Below, one piece after another: positions 9,318 through 17,941 of a stretch of DNA of 64,000 nt. The notes under the pieces are model-generated. The model saw only the letters and a program-made list of their open reading frames with translations, was not told the origin of the DNA and did no database searches. The stretch spans positions 28,272-92,271 of the forward strand of contig JACPGJ010000008.1 in the NCBI GenBank assembly GCA_016182555.1. The letters are read 5' to 3'. Position 1 is the stretch's first letter. Every line of letters starts with the position of its first letter. The position numbers were made by a program, and so were the translations under genes. The stretch is from Candidatus Kerfeldbacteria bacterium. Lineage in GTDB: Bacteria; Patescibacteriota; Patescibacteriia; UBA9570; XYC2-FULL-38-9.

Positions 9318-11125
9318 GCGCTCACGAAATTCGCAGACGCTTTCTCAATTTTTTTCAAGAACGCGGCCACGTCATTATTCCGTCCGCTTCGCTGTTGCCA
9401 GAAAATGACCCCACATTGCTATTTACCAATAGTGGCATGTATCCGCTTGTGCCATACCTGATGGGAGAGGCGCATCCTTCAGGCACGCGCCTGGCTGATT
9501 CACAAAAATGTGTGCGCACCATTGATATTGATGAAGTGGGGGATAACCGACACCTTACGTTTTTTGAAATGCTCGGGTTTTGGAGTTTAGGCGATTATTT
9601 CAAGCGCGATACGATTTTGTGGACGTATGAACTGATGACAAACACTGAATATGGTTTTGGGTTAGACCCGCAGCGTATGTATGTGACCTGTTTTGAAGGA
9701 GAAGGCAATATTCCCAAAGACGAAGAAGCTGCGGCAATTTGGAAAGAAGCTGGCATGCCCGAAAACCGCATTTATTTTTTAGGACGAAAAGATAATTTTT
9801 GGGATCTGCCAACAAAAACTGGACCGTGTGGCCCAGACACCGAAATTTTTTATGATTGGCGTGGAACGTTGGGTGAGCTGACCCATGAAGAATTCGTTGC
9901 GGCCAATGACGCCGGTGATGTGGTAGAAATTGGCAATGATGTCTTCATGCAATTCAATAAAGATGGAAAAGGGGGCTACGATAACTTACCGAAACAAAAT
10001 GTAGATGTGGGTTGGGGGTTGGAACGTGTTACGCAAATGGTACAAGGAGTGACGAACGTTTTTGATACCGATTTATTTACTCCTATTTTAAACAAGATTG
10101 AAGAGGTTTCTAGCAAAAAATATGCTGAAGCTGAGCGCGCGTTCCGTATTATTGCGGACCACATGCGTACCGCCACATTTATTATTGGGGATGACCGTGG
10201 GGTGGAACCAAGTAACGTGGATCAAGGATATATTGTGCGGCGTTTAATTCGCCGAGCAGTACGTGAAGGCAAGCGCATTGGCATTGACCGAGCGTTTATT
10301 GGTGATATTGCTGAAGTGGTTGTGCGCGATTATGGAGAAGCGTATCCGGAACTGCAGCGTAATCGCGAACGGGTGATGAAAGCGCTGGCAGCAGAGGAAA
10401 GTAAATTTCAATCTACGCTGCATCACGGCTTAAAAGAATTTGAAAAGATTTTGGAAAAAGATGCGCAGAGTATTTCCGGGCACGATGCCTTTTTGCTCTT
10501 TCAAAGTTACGGCTTTCCCCTGGAGATGACCGTGGAACTGGCAAAAGAGCGCGGCGCGAATGTGGATGAAATGAGTTTTGACGCCGAGTTTGAAAAACAC
10601 CAACAAACATCACGCGCTGGCGCTGCAAAAAAATTCAAAGGGGGCCTAGCTGATCATTCGCTCGAATCTCGCCGGTTGCATACGGCAACACACTTGCTGC
10701 ATAAAGTGCTTAAAACTATGTTTGGTGAGCAATTAGAACAAAAGGGGTCGAATATTACCCCGCAGCGATTGCGTTTCGATTTCAATTTTGACCGCGCACT
10801 CACAGAGGAAGAACGCAAACATATTGAAGATACCATTAACGACGTGATCAAACGCGACCTTCCGGTATTTTGGAAAGAGATGACCACGCAGGAAGCCAAA
10901 GCCGCGCAAGCAATTGGGTATTTTGAAGATGAATACGCGAAACTTGGTAACAAGGTCAAAGTCTATTTTGTTGGTGAAGGCGCCGATAATTTCTCTGCAG
11001 AAATTTGTGGCGGGCCACATGTAGAACACACTGGTGAACTCGGCAGCTTCAAAATTACCTCCGAAAAATCTTCTTCAGCGGGCATTCGTCGCATTAAAGC
11101 CGAAGTGTCCGCAAATAATTCCTAG
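9293..11125 (+). CDS. alaS: alanine--tRNA ligase, short form (aminoacylation, tRNA-recognition and editing domains; no C-Ala domain)
   Basis: 610-aa ORF with N-terminus EIRRRFLNFFQERGH, class II AlaRS core motifs, editing-domain HTATHLLH and ICGGPHVEHTG, and a stop directly after the editing domain. Confidence 0.9.
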   Translation: MATTSQALSAHEIRRRFLNFFQERGHVIIPSASLLPENDPTLLFTNSGMYPLVPYLMGEAHPSGTRLADSQKCVRTIDIDEVGDNRHLTFFEMLGFWSLGDYFKRDTILWTYELMTNTEYGFGLDPQRMYVTCFEGEGNIPKDEEAAAIWKEAGMPENRIYFLGRKDNFWDLPTKTGPCGPDTEIFYDWRGTLGELTHEEFVAANDAGDVVEIGNDVFMQFNKDGKGGYDNLPKQNVDVGWGLERVTQMVQGVTNVFDTDLFTPILNKIEEVSSKKYAEAERAFRIIADHMRTATFIIGDDRGVEPSNVDQGYIVRRLIRRAVREGKRIGIDRAFIGDIAEVVVRDYGEAYPELQRNRERVMKALAAEESKFQSTLHHGLKEFEKILEKDAQSISGHDAFLLFQSYGFPLEMTVELAKERGANVDEMSFDAEFEKHQQTSRAGAAKKFKGGLADHSLESRRLHTATHLLHKVLKTMFGEQLEQKGSNITPQRLRFDFNFDRALTEEERKHIEDTINDVIKRDLPVFWKEMTTQEAKAAQAIGYFEDEYAKLGNKVKVYFVGEGADNFSAEICGGPHVEHTGELGSFKITSEKSSSAGIRRIKAEVSANNS

Positions 11126-11132
11126 CATTTTT

Positions 11133-13790
11133 ATGGCAGCCGAACGGCCAGAACAGAAGAAACGCTCCGTGCCCAGCGTTAAAAAATCGTATGGTGCTTC
11201 CATTCTTGCTCATGGGGCACTTCTGGGCGCGGCACTGGCCTTGCATGAACCACAGCCACCGCTTCCTTCTTCAGAAAGACCAAATGCGACCCAGAATATT
11301 CCTTCTCCAGGTCTAGAAGCAGGTGATGTTCTTCGTGACCAAGAGCGTATTGAGCGTCACAATAGAGAAGTGTTGGGAAAGCTGCGCCAAGAATATTGGG
11401 ACGCCGTTGATGAAACGATTGAAACATATATCCGGCCATCGTTGGAAAAAGAAAGATCAAGTGAGGAAATTCGTATGGCACCACCAGAATGGTATATTCA
11501 TCTTGATGTACTGCGTTTTGCTATTGAGTATCTTGAAAAACAACATACCCAATCCGTGGATATCCATGTACTAAAACAAAGAATGCATGCAGATGAAGAA
11601 CGCATGTTGAATATGTACCAGAAAAAATTGCAACACCTCTTCGAACGAACAGATGTAGAATGGACAGGTGATTTGATGCATGATTTACCGCAGATGCAAA
11701 CGCTATTATTTCTTGGTCCGGATCGTTTTTATACAAATAGTTTTCAAGATCAAACATATTTTTTACAAGGCAATGCTTCTTTTTCGGCGCAATTAGAATC
11801 AGGCATGGTTAATTGTCAGGTGTCGCGTATGACCGCGATATTGTTAGATGCGATTTATACACACTACCGTATCGATCGTGCCGTGCTTTCCCAACTGCGT
11901 ATCGTACATTGGGATGACCATATCGCCACAGCGATAGAATTTCCTGAGCGCGCAGATTCCGCATCAGTCGTTATGACTTTTAATGATATTGATCCCCAGG
12001 AGCCATTTACTTCAGGTACCCAACCATTTGCTGCTTTGGCTCCAGGAATTGTTGAACCATTGGCTGGACATGTGGTGACATATTTGAGTGATGATTGGGA
12101 TGGGTTATTGGCGGAACAGCAAGTACAAATTTCTGGTTCGGAAGATGGACAGGAATATCCACTGTTTAGCAACGCTGAATTGTCTAGAGGACCGATGCCG
12201 TTGCATACATTTGTCAATACTTTTTTACACGGTCACGCAGAAGCACAGGAAATTTCTTCTGCACAAATAGACGAAATGAAAAAGACTCTTTTGCGGGAGG
12301 GTTTAGAAAAGTTTTTTGAAACCACTCTCGATATTAATTCTCATTCTGAAGAATTATTTACAGTGCCGAAACTCTATCAATCTGCATCTTTTGTTAAATT
12401 TCTAAAACAGCCAGAGGTGATTAAACGAATGTATGATGAAGCTCGTTTGTCAGAAGTATTATTTCAATTGAAACTCGTTAAAGAAAATGAGTATAACGAC
12501 ATTGTGTCTATTATTGCAAAAGAATTGCAAAAACATCCAAAAAATATTCAACTGGTACTCTATCGTTTTCAGCCAAATGTTGCAGAAGATTTATTTGCTG
12601 AGTTGAGTACAGGGCCAAATTTTGCTAATGAATGGCAGAAAATCTATGATCGTTTATTCGCTCAGATGCCAACAGATACAATAGAACAAGCAAGATTGCA
12701 ACAAAATAGTGTAACTGCTGTTTTAATAAAAACATTCATGCTCAAACGGTTTACAGAATATTCGGGTGATTTGGCAAAAACAACAAACCAGTCATTTTAT
12801 GCTGATATAGAAAAACAGGCAGAACAACAGTATGCTCAAATGGAATCCTGGTGGACGTTGGCTGATTATACCGTTGCTGAATTACAAGCTCTTCCGAAAC
12901 AACGCATTCATGAGATTATACGCTTATTAAGCACATCAGGCAGCATACCGTCTGGAGGAGAAATCAAAGAGAAATTAGGAGTGGTAGTGGAACGCATACA
13001 AGATAACTCAGATGAGATGATAGATTTTTTTATCGCATTGATTGGTCGACATGGTATAAATATTTTACCGGAAATCAGCACATTTATTCAATCACAATTA
13101 CACCAACACCCAGAATTCACAAATAGATATAAAACGGCTATTTTTGATTTATTTCCGTTTTCAGCAGATCGTGCGACTAGGAATAGAAGTATACGGAATT
13201 TCGCTCAGGCGTATCTTCAATTACCGGTTTATACTCAACCTCCAGAGGGAGAGGCACCATTAGAACTAAAATTTGATTCGGTAGATTCTTTTTTGCAAAC
13301 CGCGAATATGGTTGCAGATTATCCAGAAGAATGGGTATTTTCGCATACGATTGAACACCTTCCAGAATATATTCCGTTTATGAACGATTTTTTGGGGCAC
13401 ATTAGATATGATAATGTAAAAAACCCTACCATTGACCAGCAAATTATTGATCTATACACCCGAACATTGAATCAACAAGAACGGTTGAAATTGTTGGATT
13501 TTCAAACAACAATCGATCGACACCAACCAATTATTCCGTTTTCAGCCTTATTCCGAGAAGATATTCCTTATGTAATTTCTGCTGATTGGAATGAACTGGC
13601 ACATGCTGGTGGGCAATCGAGTGGTACTACAGCAATGAAATTAAAATTGTTATATGATGGTGAATCTTTCAGCCATAATGATATGAAGCGACTATTTCCT
13701 CAAGATGAACCCAATAAAACCAATATTCTTTCTTTTTTTGCGTATCATCCTGAACAGCTGCCAGATATTTATTTAGGAATACAAGAGTAA
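11133..13790 (+). CDS. large hypothetical membrane-anchored protein (885 aa), no recognisable domain
   Basis: ATG at 11133, 8 nt after the alaS stop, inside ORF 11034..13790. One N-terminal hydrophobic helix (ASILAHGALLGAALAL). No catalytic motifs recognised. Confidence 0.45.
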   Translation: MAAERPEQKKRSVPSVKKSYGASILAHGALLGAALALHEPQPPLPSSERPNATQNIPSPGLEAGDVLRDQERIERHNREVLGKLRQEYWDAVDETIETYIRPSLEKERSSEEIRMAPPEWYIHLDVLRFAIEYLEKQHTQSVDIHVLKQRMHADEERMLNMYQKKLQHLFERTDVEWTGDLMHDLPQMQTLLFLGPDRFYTNSFQDQTYFLQGNASFSAQLESGMVNCQVSRMTAILLDAIYTHYRIDRAVLSQLRIVHWDDHIATAIEFPERADSASVVMTFNDIDPQEPFTSGTQPFAALAPGIVEPLAGHVVTYLSDDWDGLLAEQQVQISGSEDGQEYPLFSNAELSRGPMPLHTFVNTFLHGHAEAQEISSAQIDEMKKTLLREGLEKFFETTLDINSHSEELFTVPKLYQSASFVKFLKQPEVIKRMYDEARLSEVLFQLKLVKENEYNDIVSIIAKELQKHPKNIQLVLYRFQPNVAEDLFAELSTGPNFANEWQKIYDRLFAQMPTDTIEQARLQQNSVTAVLIKTFMLKRFTEYSGDLAKTTNQSFYADIEKQAEQQYAQMESWWTLADYTVAELQALPKQRIHEIIRLLSTSGSIPSGGEIKEKLGVVVERIQDNSDEMIDFFIALIGRHGINILPEISTFIQSQLHQHPEFTNRYKTAIFDLFPFSADRATRNRSIRNFAQAYLQLPVYTQPPEGEAPLELKFDSVDSFLQTANMVADYPEEWVFSHTIEHLPEYIPFMNDFLGHIRYDNVKNPTIDQQIIDLYTRTLNQQERLKLLDFQTTIDRHQPIIPFSALFREDIPYVISADWNELAHAGGQSSGTTAMKLKLLYDGESFSHNDMKRLFPQDEPNKTNILSFFAYHPEQLPDIYLGIQE

Positions 13791-13836
13791 GTACGGTGAA
13801 AAATATAATTTAGTTTTCCACACCCGGGGTTAGTCC

Positions 13837-13865
13837 TTGACACGAAAAAAGGCGACTGGTATAAT
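13837..13865 (+). promoter_or_regulatory. consensus sigma70 promoter (-35 TTGACA 13837-13842, 17-nt spacer, -10 TATAAT 13860-13865) driving the infA/ribosomal-protein operon
   Basis: Perfect consensus hexamers with optimal spacing in the 216-nt spacer upstream of infA. Confidence 0.55.
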
Positions 13866-14006
13866 CCGTTAGCAATTGAAAAATGGCGCAGACACACGAA
13901 CTTGGCAAAGAATCTGTTGATTTTCAAACAGTTCGTCTATCCTCTAAGCAAATTTTTTGCATAGAGACTATTATTTTTTTGCGCCAATTTCTCTATTTTT
14001 TACCCC

Positions 14007-14255
14007 ATGTCTACCTCGTCCACAAAAGGCGAAATCAAATCAAATAAAAAGGGCTTTATTGAAGTCAAGGGTTCTGTAGAAGAACAACTGCCTTCAGCCA
14101 CCTTTCGTGTCAAACTGGAAAGTGGCCATGAAATTTTAGCTCATCTTTCTGGGCGCATGCGCATGTATAAAATTCGTGTGCTTCCTGGTGATGAAGTGAT
14201 GGTAGAAATGACCCCTTACGATCTGACCAAAGGTCGTATTATAACCCGTTTATAA
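14007..14255 (+). CDS. infA: translation initiation factor IF-1
   Basis: 82-aa ORF with an S1-like fold sequence [57 protein letters not shown]. Confidence 0.9.
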   Translation: MSTSSTKGEIKSNKKGFIEVKGSVEEQLPSATFRVKLESGHEILAHLSGRMRMYKIRVLPGDEVMVEMTPYDLTKGRIITRL

Positions 14256-14260
14256 CGTGT

Positions 14261-14374
14261 ATGAAAGTACGAGCATCCGTTCGCAAAATGTGCAATTCTT
14301 GCCGCACCACACGTCGCAAAGGCCGTGTGTGGGTGACATGTGTCAACCCAAAGCATAAACAACGACAAGGTTAA
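14261..14374 (+). CDS. rpmJ: 50S ribosomal protein L36 (37 aa; below the ORF-track size cutoff)
   Basis: Translated by hand: [37 protein letters not shown]. It carries the zinc-ribbon CxxC...C...H pattern and lies between infA and rpsM, as is typical. Confidence 0.85.
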   Translation: MKVRASVRKMCNSCRTTRRKGRVWVTCVNPKHKQRQG

Positions 14375-14386
14375 TTTTTATTTTAT

Positions 14387-14779
14387 ATGGCACGTATCGC
14401 TGGAGTCACATTACCAAAAGAAAAACGCATTGAGATTGCGCTCACCTATATTTATGGTATCGGTCCTACATTAAGTAAACGTATTTTGTCTCAAACTGGA
14501 ATCAACTCAAATACACGAGTGAAAGATTTAATTGAAGACGAAGTTCGCAAATTGCGCGATGCTATTGAAAAAGGGGGAATCAAGATTGAAGGAGAATTGA
14601 AACGTGATGTGATGTCTAATGTAAAACGGTTGAAAGAGATCAATGCCTATCGTGGTGTGCGCCATGCGCGACATTTGCCTGTCCGTGGTCAACGAACCCG
14701 AACGAACAATCGAACGGTTCGTGGAAACGTAAGAAAGACCGCTGGTTCTGGCCGTAAACAAACTGATCAAAAGACATAA
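14387..14779 (+). CDS. rpsM: 30S ribosomal protein S13
   Basis: N-terminus [26 protein letters not shown] and a basic C-terminal tail. Confidence 0.95.
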   Translation: MARIAGVTLPKEKRIEIALTYIYGIGPTLSKRILSQTGINSNTRVKDLIEDEVRKLRDAIEKGGIKIEGELKRDVMSNVKRLKEINAYRGVRHARHLPVRGQRTRTNNRTVRGNVRKTAGSGRKQTDQKT

Positions 14780-14782
14780 TTT

Positions 14783-15262
14783 ATGACAGAGAAAGAATTA
14801 CAAACAACACCAACAGCTGCTGTTGAGGCTCCACAAACCGATGCCGCTGTTTCTGTTGAAGCAAAAGATGATGGCGCCAAGAAAGCCCGAAAAAAGAAAA
14901 AATCTAAAAAGAAAAATTTTTCTCGTGGTAAGGTGTATATTCAATCTACCTATAATAATACGATTGTTTCGTTTACGGATCAACAAGGAAATGTTGTTTC
15001 ACAATCTTCTGCTGGCCGCTGTGGATTCAAAGGACCAAAAAAATCTACTCCTTATGCCGCTGGTGTGATTGTAAAAGATGCGGCAGAACGTGTGCGTGAA
15101 ACCGGCTTAAAAGATGTTGAAGTATTTATTAGCGGTATTGGCAGCGGTCGTGAAGGGGCGATTCGTGCCCTGAACGCTCAAGGATTTAACATGCTGACAA
15201 TTCGTGACATTACCCCTATTCCGCATAACGGATGTCGACCTAAAAAACCACGTAGAGTATAA
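14783..15262 (+). CDS. rpsK: 30S ribosomal protein S11 with a lysine-rich N-terminal extension
   Basis: Core KVYIQSTYNNTIVSFTDQQGNVV...GSGREGAIRAL, preceded by about 45 extra residues including a KKARKKKKSKKK stretch. Confidence 0.9.
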   Translation: MTEKELQTTPTAAVEAPQTDAAVSVEAKDDGAKKARKKKKSKKKNFSRGKVYIQSTYNNTIVSFTDQQGNVVSQSSAGRCGFKGPKKSTPYAAGVIVKDAAERVRETGLKDVEVFISGIGSGREGAIRALNAQGFNMLTIRDITPIPHNGCRPKKPRRV

Positions 15263-15266
15263 ATAT

Positions 15267-15881
15267 ATGGCAAGAATGTTAGGACCAAAACATAAGCGGT
15301 GCCGTCGTTTGGGCGAACGGGTTTGTGGAAACGTGAAGTGCCCACTCACCAAGCGTAACTATGCTCCAGGAATGCACGGACCAAAAGGAAAACCACGGTT
15401 GACTGGCTATGGTATGCAGTTGCGTGAAAAACAGAAAGCGAAAGCGATTTATGGTGTTCTCGAACGTCAATTTCGTACCTATTATGAACGCGCAAAAGCA
15501 AAACGCGGCAAAACAGGTGAATTGATGCTCATCGGTTTAGAACGACGTTTAGATAATATTGCTTATCGCGCTGGGTTTGCCGGAACACGTCGCCAAGCTC
15601 GTCAGTTGGTTTCACATGCACAGTTTCAGGTGAATGGCAAAAGTGTCAATATCCCATCCTATCAAGTAAAAGCAGGTGATATAGTAACCGTAAAAACGGG
15701 AAAGGCGAAAAACGCTTATTGGACAGAAATAGCCAAAAATACGACTACCAATGGAGAAGTGCCGGCTTGGATGGTTGTAGATAAAAACAATTTGAAAGTT
15801 ACTATTACTCAGCTGCCATCGACAGAGATGATTCAATCCGATTTGCAAATGCATTTAATCATTGAGTTGTACTCTCTCTAA
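15267..15881 (+). CDS. rpsD: 30S ribosomal protein S4
   Basis: ATG at 15267 directly after the rpsK stop. N-terminus MARMLGPKHKRCRRLGE with a C4 zinc-like motif, followed by an S4 domain. Confidence 0.9.
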   Translation: MARMLGPKHKRCRRLGERVCGNVKCPLTKRNYAPGMHGPKGKPRLTGYGMQLREKQKAKAIYGVLERQFRTYYERAKAKRGKTGELMLIGLERRLDNIAYRAGFAGTRRQARQLVSHAQFQVNGKSVNIPSYQVKAGDIVTVKTGKAKNAYWTEIAKNTTTNGEVPAWMVVDKNNLKVTITQLPSTEMIQSDLQMHLIIELYSL

Positions 15882-15907
15882 ATTTTTACTACTTTTACCA
15901 TATCTTT

Positions 15908-16702
15908 ATGGAAAACATCTCTCTTCCTTCAACTATTCAATCGACGCCTATTGCCGGTGAACTGAATAAAGTGCAAATCAGCGTGAGCCCATGCTATCCT
16001 GGTTATGGCACCACGCTTGGCAATGCGATGCGCCGTGTCTTACTTTCGTCTCTTCCTGGTGTTGCGGTGACCGCTATTAAAATTAAAGGCGTTGATCATG
16101 AATTTTCCACTATCGACCATGTTAAGGAAGATGTGGTGGAAATTATTTTGAATATGAAAGCGCTTCGTTTCCGTTTACACAGTGAAGAGCCAGTGGAATT
16201 AGTGTTGGAAGTGAAAGGGGAGAAGGTAGTGACAGCTGGTGATTTTGAATCTAATGCGCAAGTTGAAATCGTGAACCCAGATGCAATGATTGCTACGCTC
16301 ACAGATAAAGCTGCTGAATTCCACATGAAAGCGATTATTCAACCAGGACGTGGATATGTGCCAGTGGAATCTCGGGAACATGAAAATATCGAAGTGGGAT
16401 ATATTGCCATCGACTCTATTTATAGCCCAGTGCGTAATGTAAATTTTCGTACGGAGCATGTTCGCGTAGGGCAGATGACCAATTACGATAAATTGCTGCT
16501 TGATGTTTCTACAGATGGCACAATGAGCCCAGAAGAAGCATTTCGTTCTGCAGCCAACATTCTTGTTGAACAATTTCAGGCGCTTTCTGCTTCTACATTT
16601 GAACTGCCTTCGGAAGAAACAGCTATTGCAGAAAGCGAAACAGCAGATGAAGAAACAGATGGAGAGGGTACGGCAGAACCGACTGAAACGACCGAAGAAT
16701 AA
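15908..16702 (+). CDS. rpoA: DNA-directed RNA polymerase alpha subunit, N-terminal domain only, with an acidic low-complexity tail
   Basis: 264-aa ORF aligning to the alpha-NTD (LGNAMRRVLLSSLPG ... GRGYVP ... YSPV). It ends in ETAIAESETADEETDGEGTAEPTETTEE with no alpha-CTD. Confidence 0.85.
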   Translation: MENISLPSTIQSTPIAGELNKVQISVSPCYPGYGTTLGNAMRRVLLSSLPGVAVTAIKIKGVDHEFSTIDHVKEDVVEIILNMKALRFRLHSEEPVELVLEVKGEKVVTAGDFESNAQVEIVNPDAMIATLTDKAAEFHMKAIIQPGRGYVPVESREHENIEVGYIAIDSIYSPVRNVNFRTEHVRVGQMTNYDKLLLDVSTDGTMSPEEAFRSAANILVEQFQALSASTFELPSEETAIAESETADEETDGEGTAEPTETTEE

Positions 16703-16722
16703 ATTGAATTCATTGATTTTGT

Positions 16723-17100
16723 ATGCGTCATAAAAAGAAAACCGTTGTTCTTGACCGAAATAGCGCCGCGAGAAAAGCATTAATGCGCACGTTGGCGATT
16801 AGTTTGATTATGCGTGGTCGCGTGCAAACGACTCCAGCAAAAGCGCGCGCAGTTAAATCGATGGTAGAGAAACTGATCACGAAAGGGAAAGAAAAAAATC
16901 CTTCAATCATTCGTCAGTTAGAAAGTGTATTAGGAAATAAGCAGGCAGCAATGCGCATTGTGAATATTCTTGGCCCACAATATCAGAAACGTCCGGGCGG
17001 ATATATTACTTCTGCAAAAGTTGCTGCACGCAAAGGTGATGGTGCTGCTCAAATGATGTTGGAATTGATTTCAGACGCAGCGGCCAAGCCAAAGTTATAA
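16723..17100 (+). CDS. rplQ: 50S ribosomal protein L17
   Basis: MRHKKKTVVLDRNSAARKALMRTLAISLIMRGRVQTT matches L17. Confidence 0.9.
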   Translation: MRHKKKTVVLDRNSAARKALMRTLAISLIMRGRVQTTPAKARAVKSMVEKLITKGKEKNPSIIRQLESVLGNKQAAMRIVNILGPQYQKRPGGYITSAKVAARKGDGAAQMMLELISDAAAKPKL

Positions 17101-17111
17101 ATTTTATATCT

Positions 17112-17471
17112 ATGTCAAAGAATTTTCAACGCGATGTACAAACAATTGATGCTACTGGACAATCACTCGGTCGGCTAGCTGCAAATATAGCCAGTATGCT
17201 GATGGGCAAACATCTCCCCACGTTTGAGCGTCATATCGACCATGGTGCGCGGGTTATTGTAAAAAATGCGGCGCAGATCAAGCTCACTGGGAAAAAGGTA
17301 GAACAGAAAGTGTATTATCGCAATACGGGTTATCCTGGTGGTATTCGAACAACGCTGGCAAAAGATTTAATCAAAAATGATCCAGCAAAAATGTTACGCA
17401 TGGCCGTACGAAAAATGTTACCGAATAATACCTTGCGAACAAATATGCTGAAACGATTAATCATAGAATAA
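17112..17471 (+). CDS. rplM: 50S ribosomal protein L13
   Basis: 119-aa ORF. L13-like: short and lacking part of the usual N-terminus, but it has the GRLA...LMGKH core. Confidence 0.85.
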   Translation: MSKNFQRDVQTIDATGQSLGRLAANIASMLMGKHLPTFERHIDHGARVIVKNAAQIKLTGKKVEQKVYYRNTGYPGGIRTTLAKDLIKNDPAKMLRMAVRKMLPNNTLRTNMLKRLIIE

Positions 17472-17472
17472 C

Positions 17473-17904
17473 ATGACGCCAGATTCAACTTCAACAAAAA
17501 AGAAACGCCAGAGTTACCTCTATACTGTTGGGCGAAGAAAAACGGCAACAGCACGAGTTCGTTTTATGAAATCTACGCAGCATCCTGCTGGTACAGTGCT
17601 GGTGAATGAGAAAGTGCATACAGATTGGTGCGCCTCTGATTTATCGCCAATTGTTGTTTCGCCTATTGATTTAATTGCTGCTCCATTAGATGGATATTTT
17701 TCTATTAAAGTAACTGGAGGCGGTCGCCGTTCACAAGCTGAAGCTTGTCGCCATGGTATTACACGCATGCTGATTAAAATGAATGAAGAATGGAAGACGG
17801 CATTGAAATCAAAAGGTTATGTGACTCGTGACCCACGCGCAAAAGAACGTAAGAAGCCGGGCCTCAAACGTGCAAGACGTTCTCCACAATGGTCGAAACG
17901 TTAA
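17473..17904 (+). CDS. rpsI: 30S ribosomal protein S9
   Basis: YLYTVGRRKTATARV ... GGGRRSQAEA and a C-terminal KRARRSPQWSKR. Confidence 0.9.
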   Translation: MTPDSTSTKKKRQSYLYTVGRRKTATARVRFMKSTQHPAGTVLVNEKVHTDWCASDLSPIVVSPIDLIAAPLDGYFSIKVTGGGRRSQAEACRHGITRMLIKMNEEWKTALKSKGYVTRDPRAKERKKPGLKRARRSPQWSKR

Positions 17905-17941
17905 TAGTCAGCCTGCCGTTACAGGCGTAAATCCATCGTAT

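Noticed and set aside
17828-17941. N-terminal extension of the flippase ORF overlapping the end of rpsI.
   Set aside because: The extension is read through the basic C-terminal tail of S9 in another frame. The internal ATG at 17942 follows the rpsI stop and begins the hydrophobic protein.
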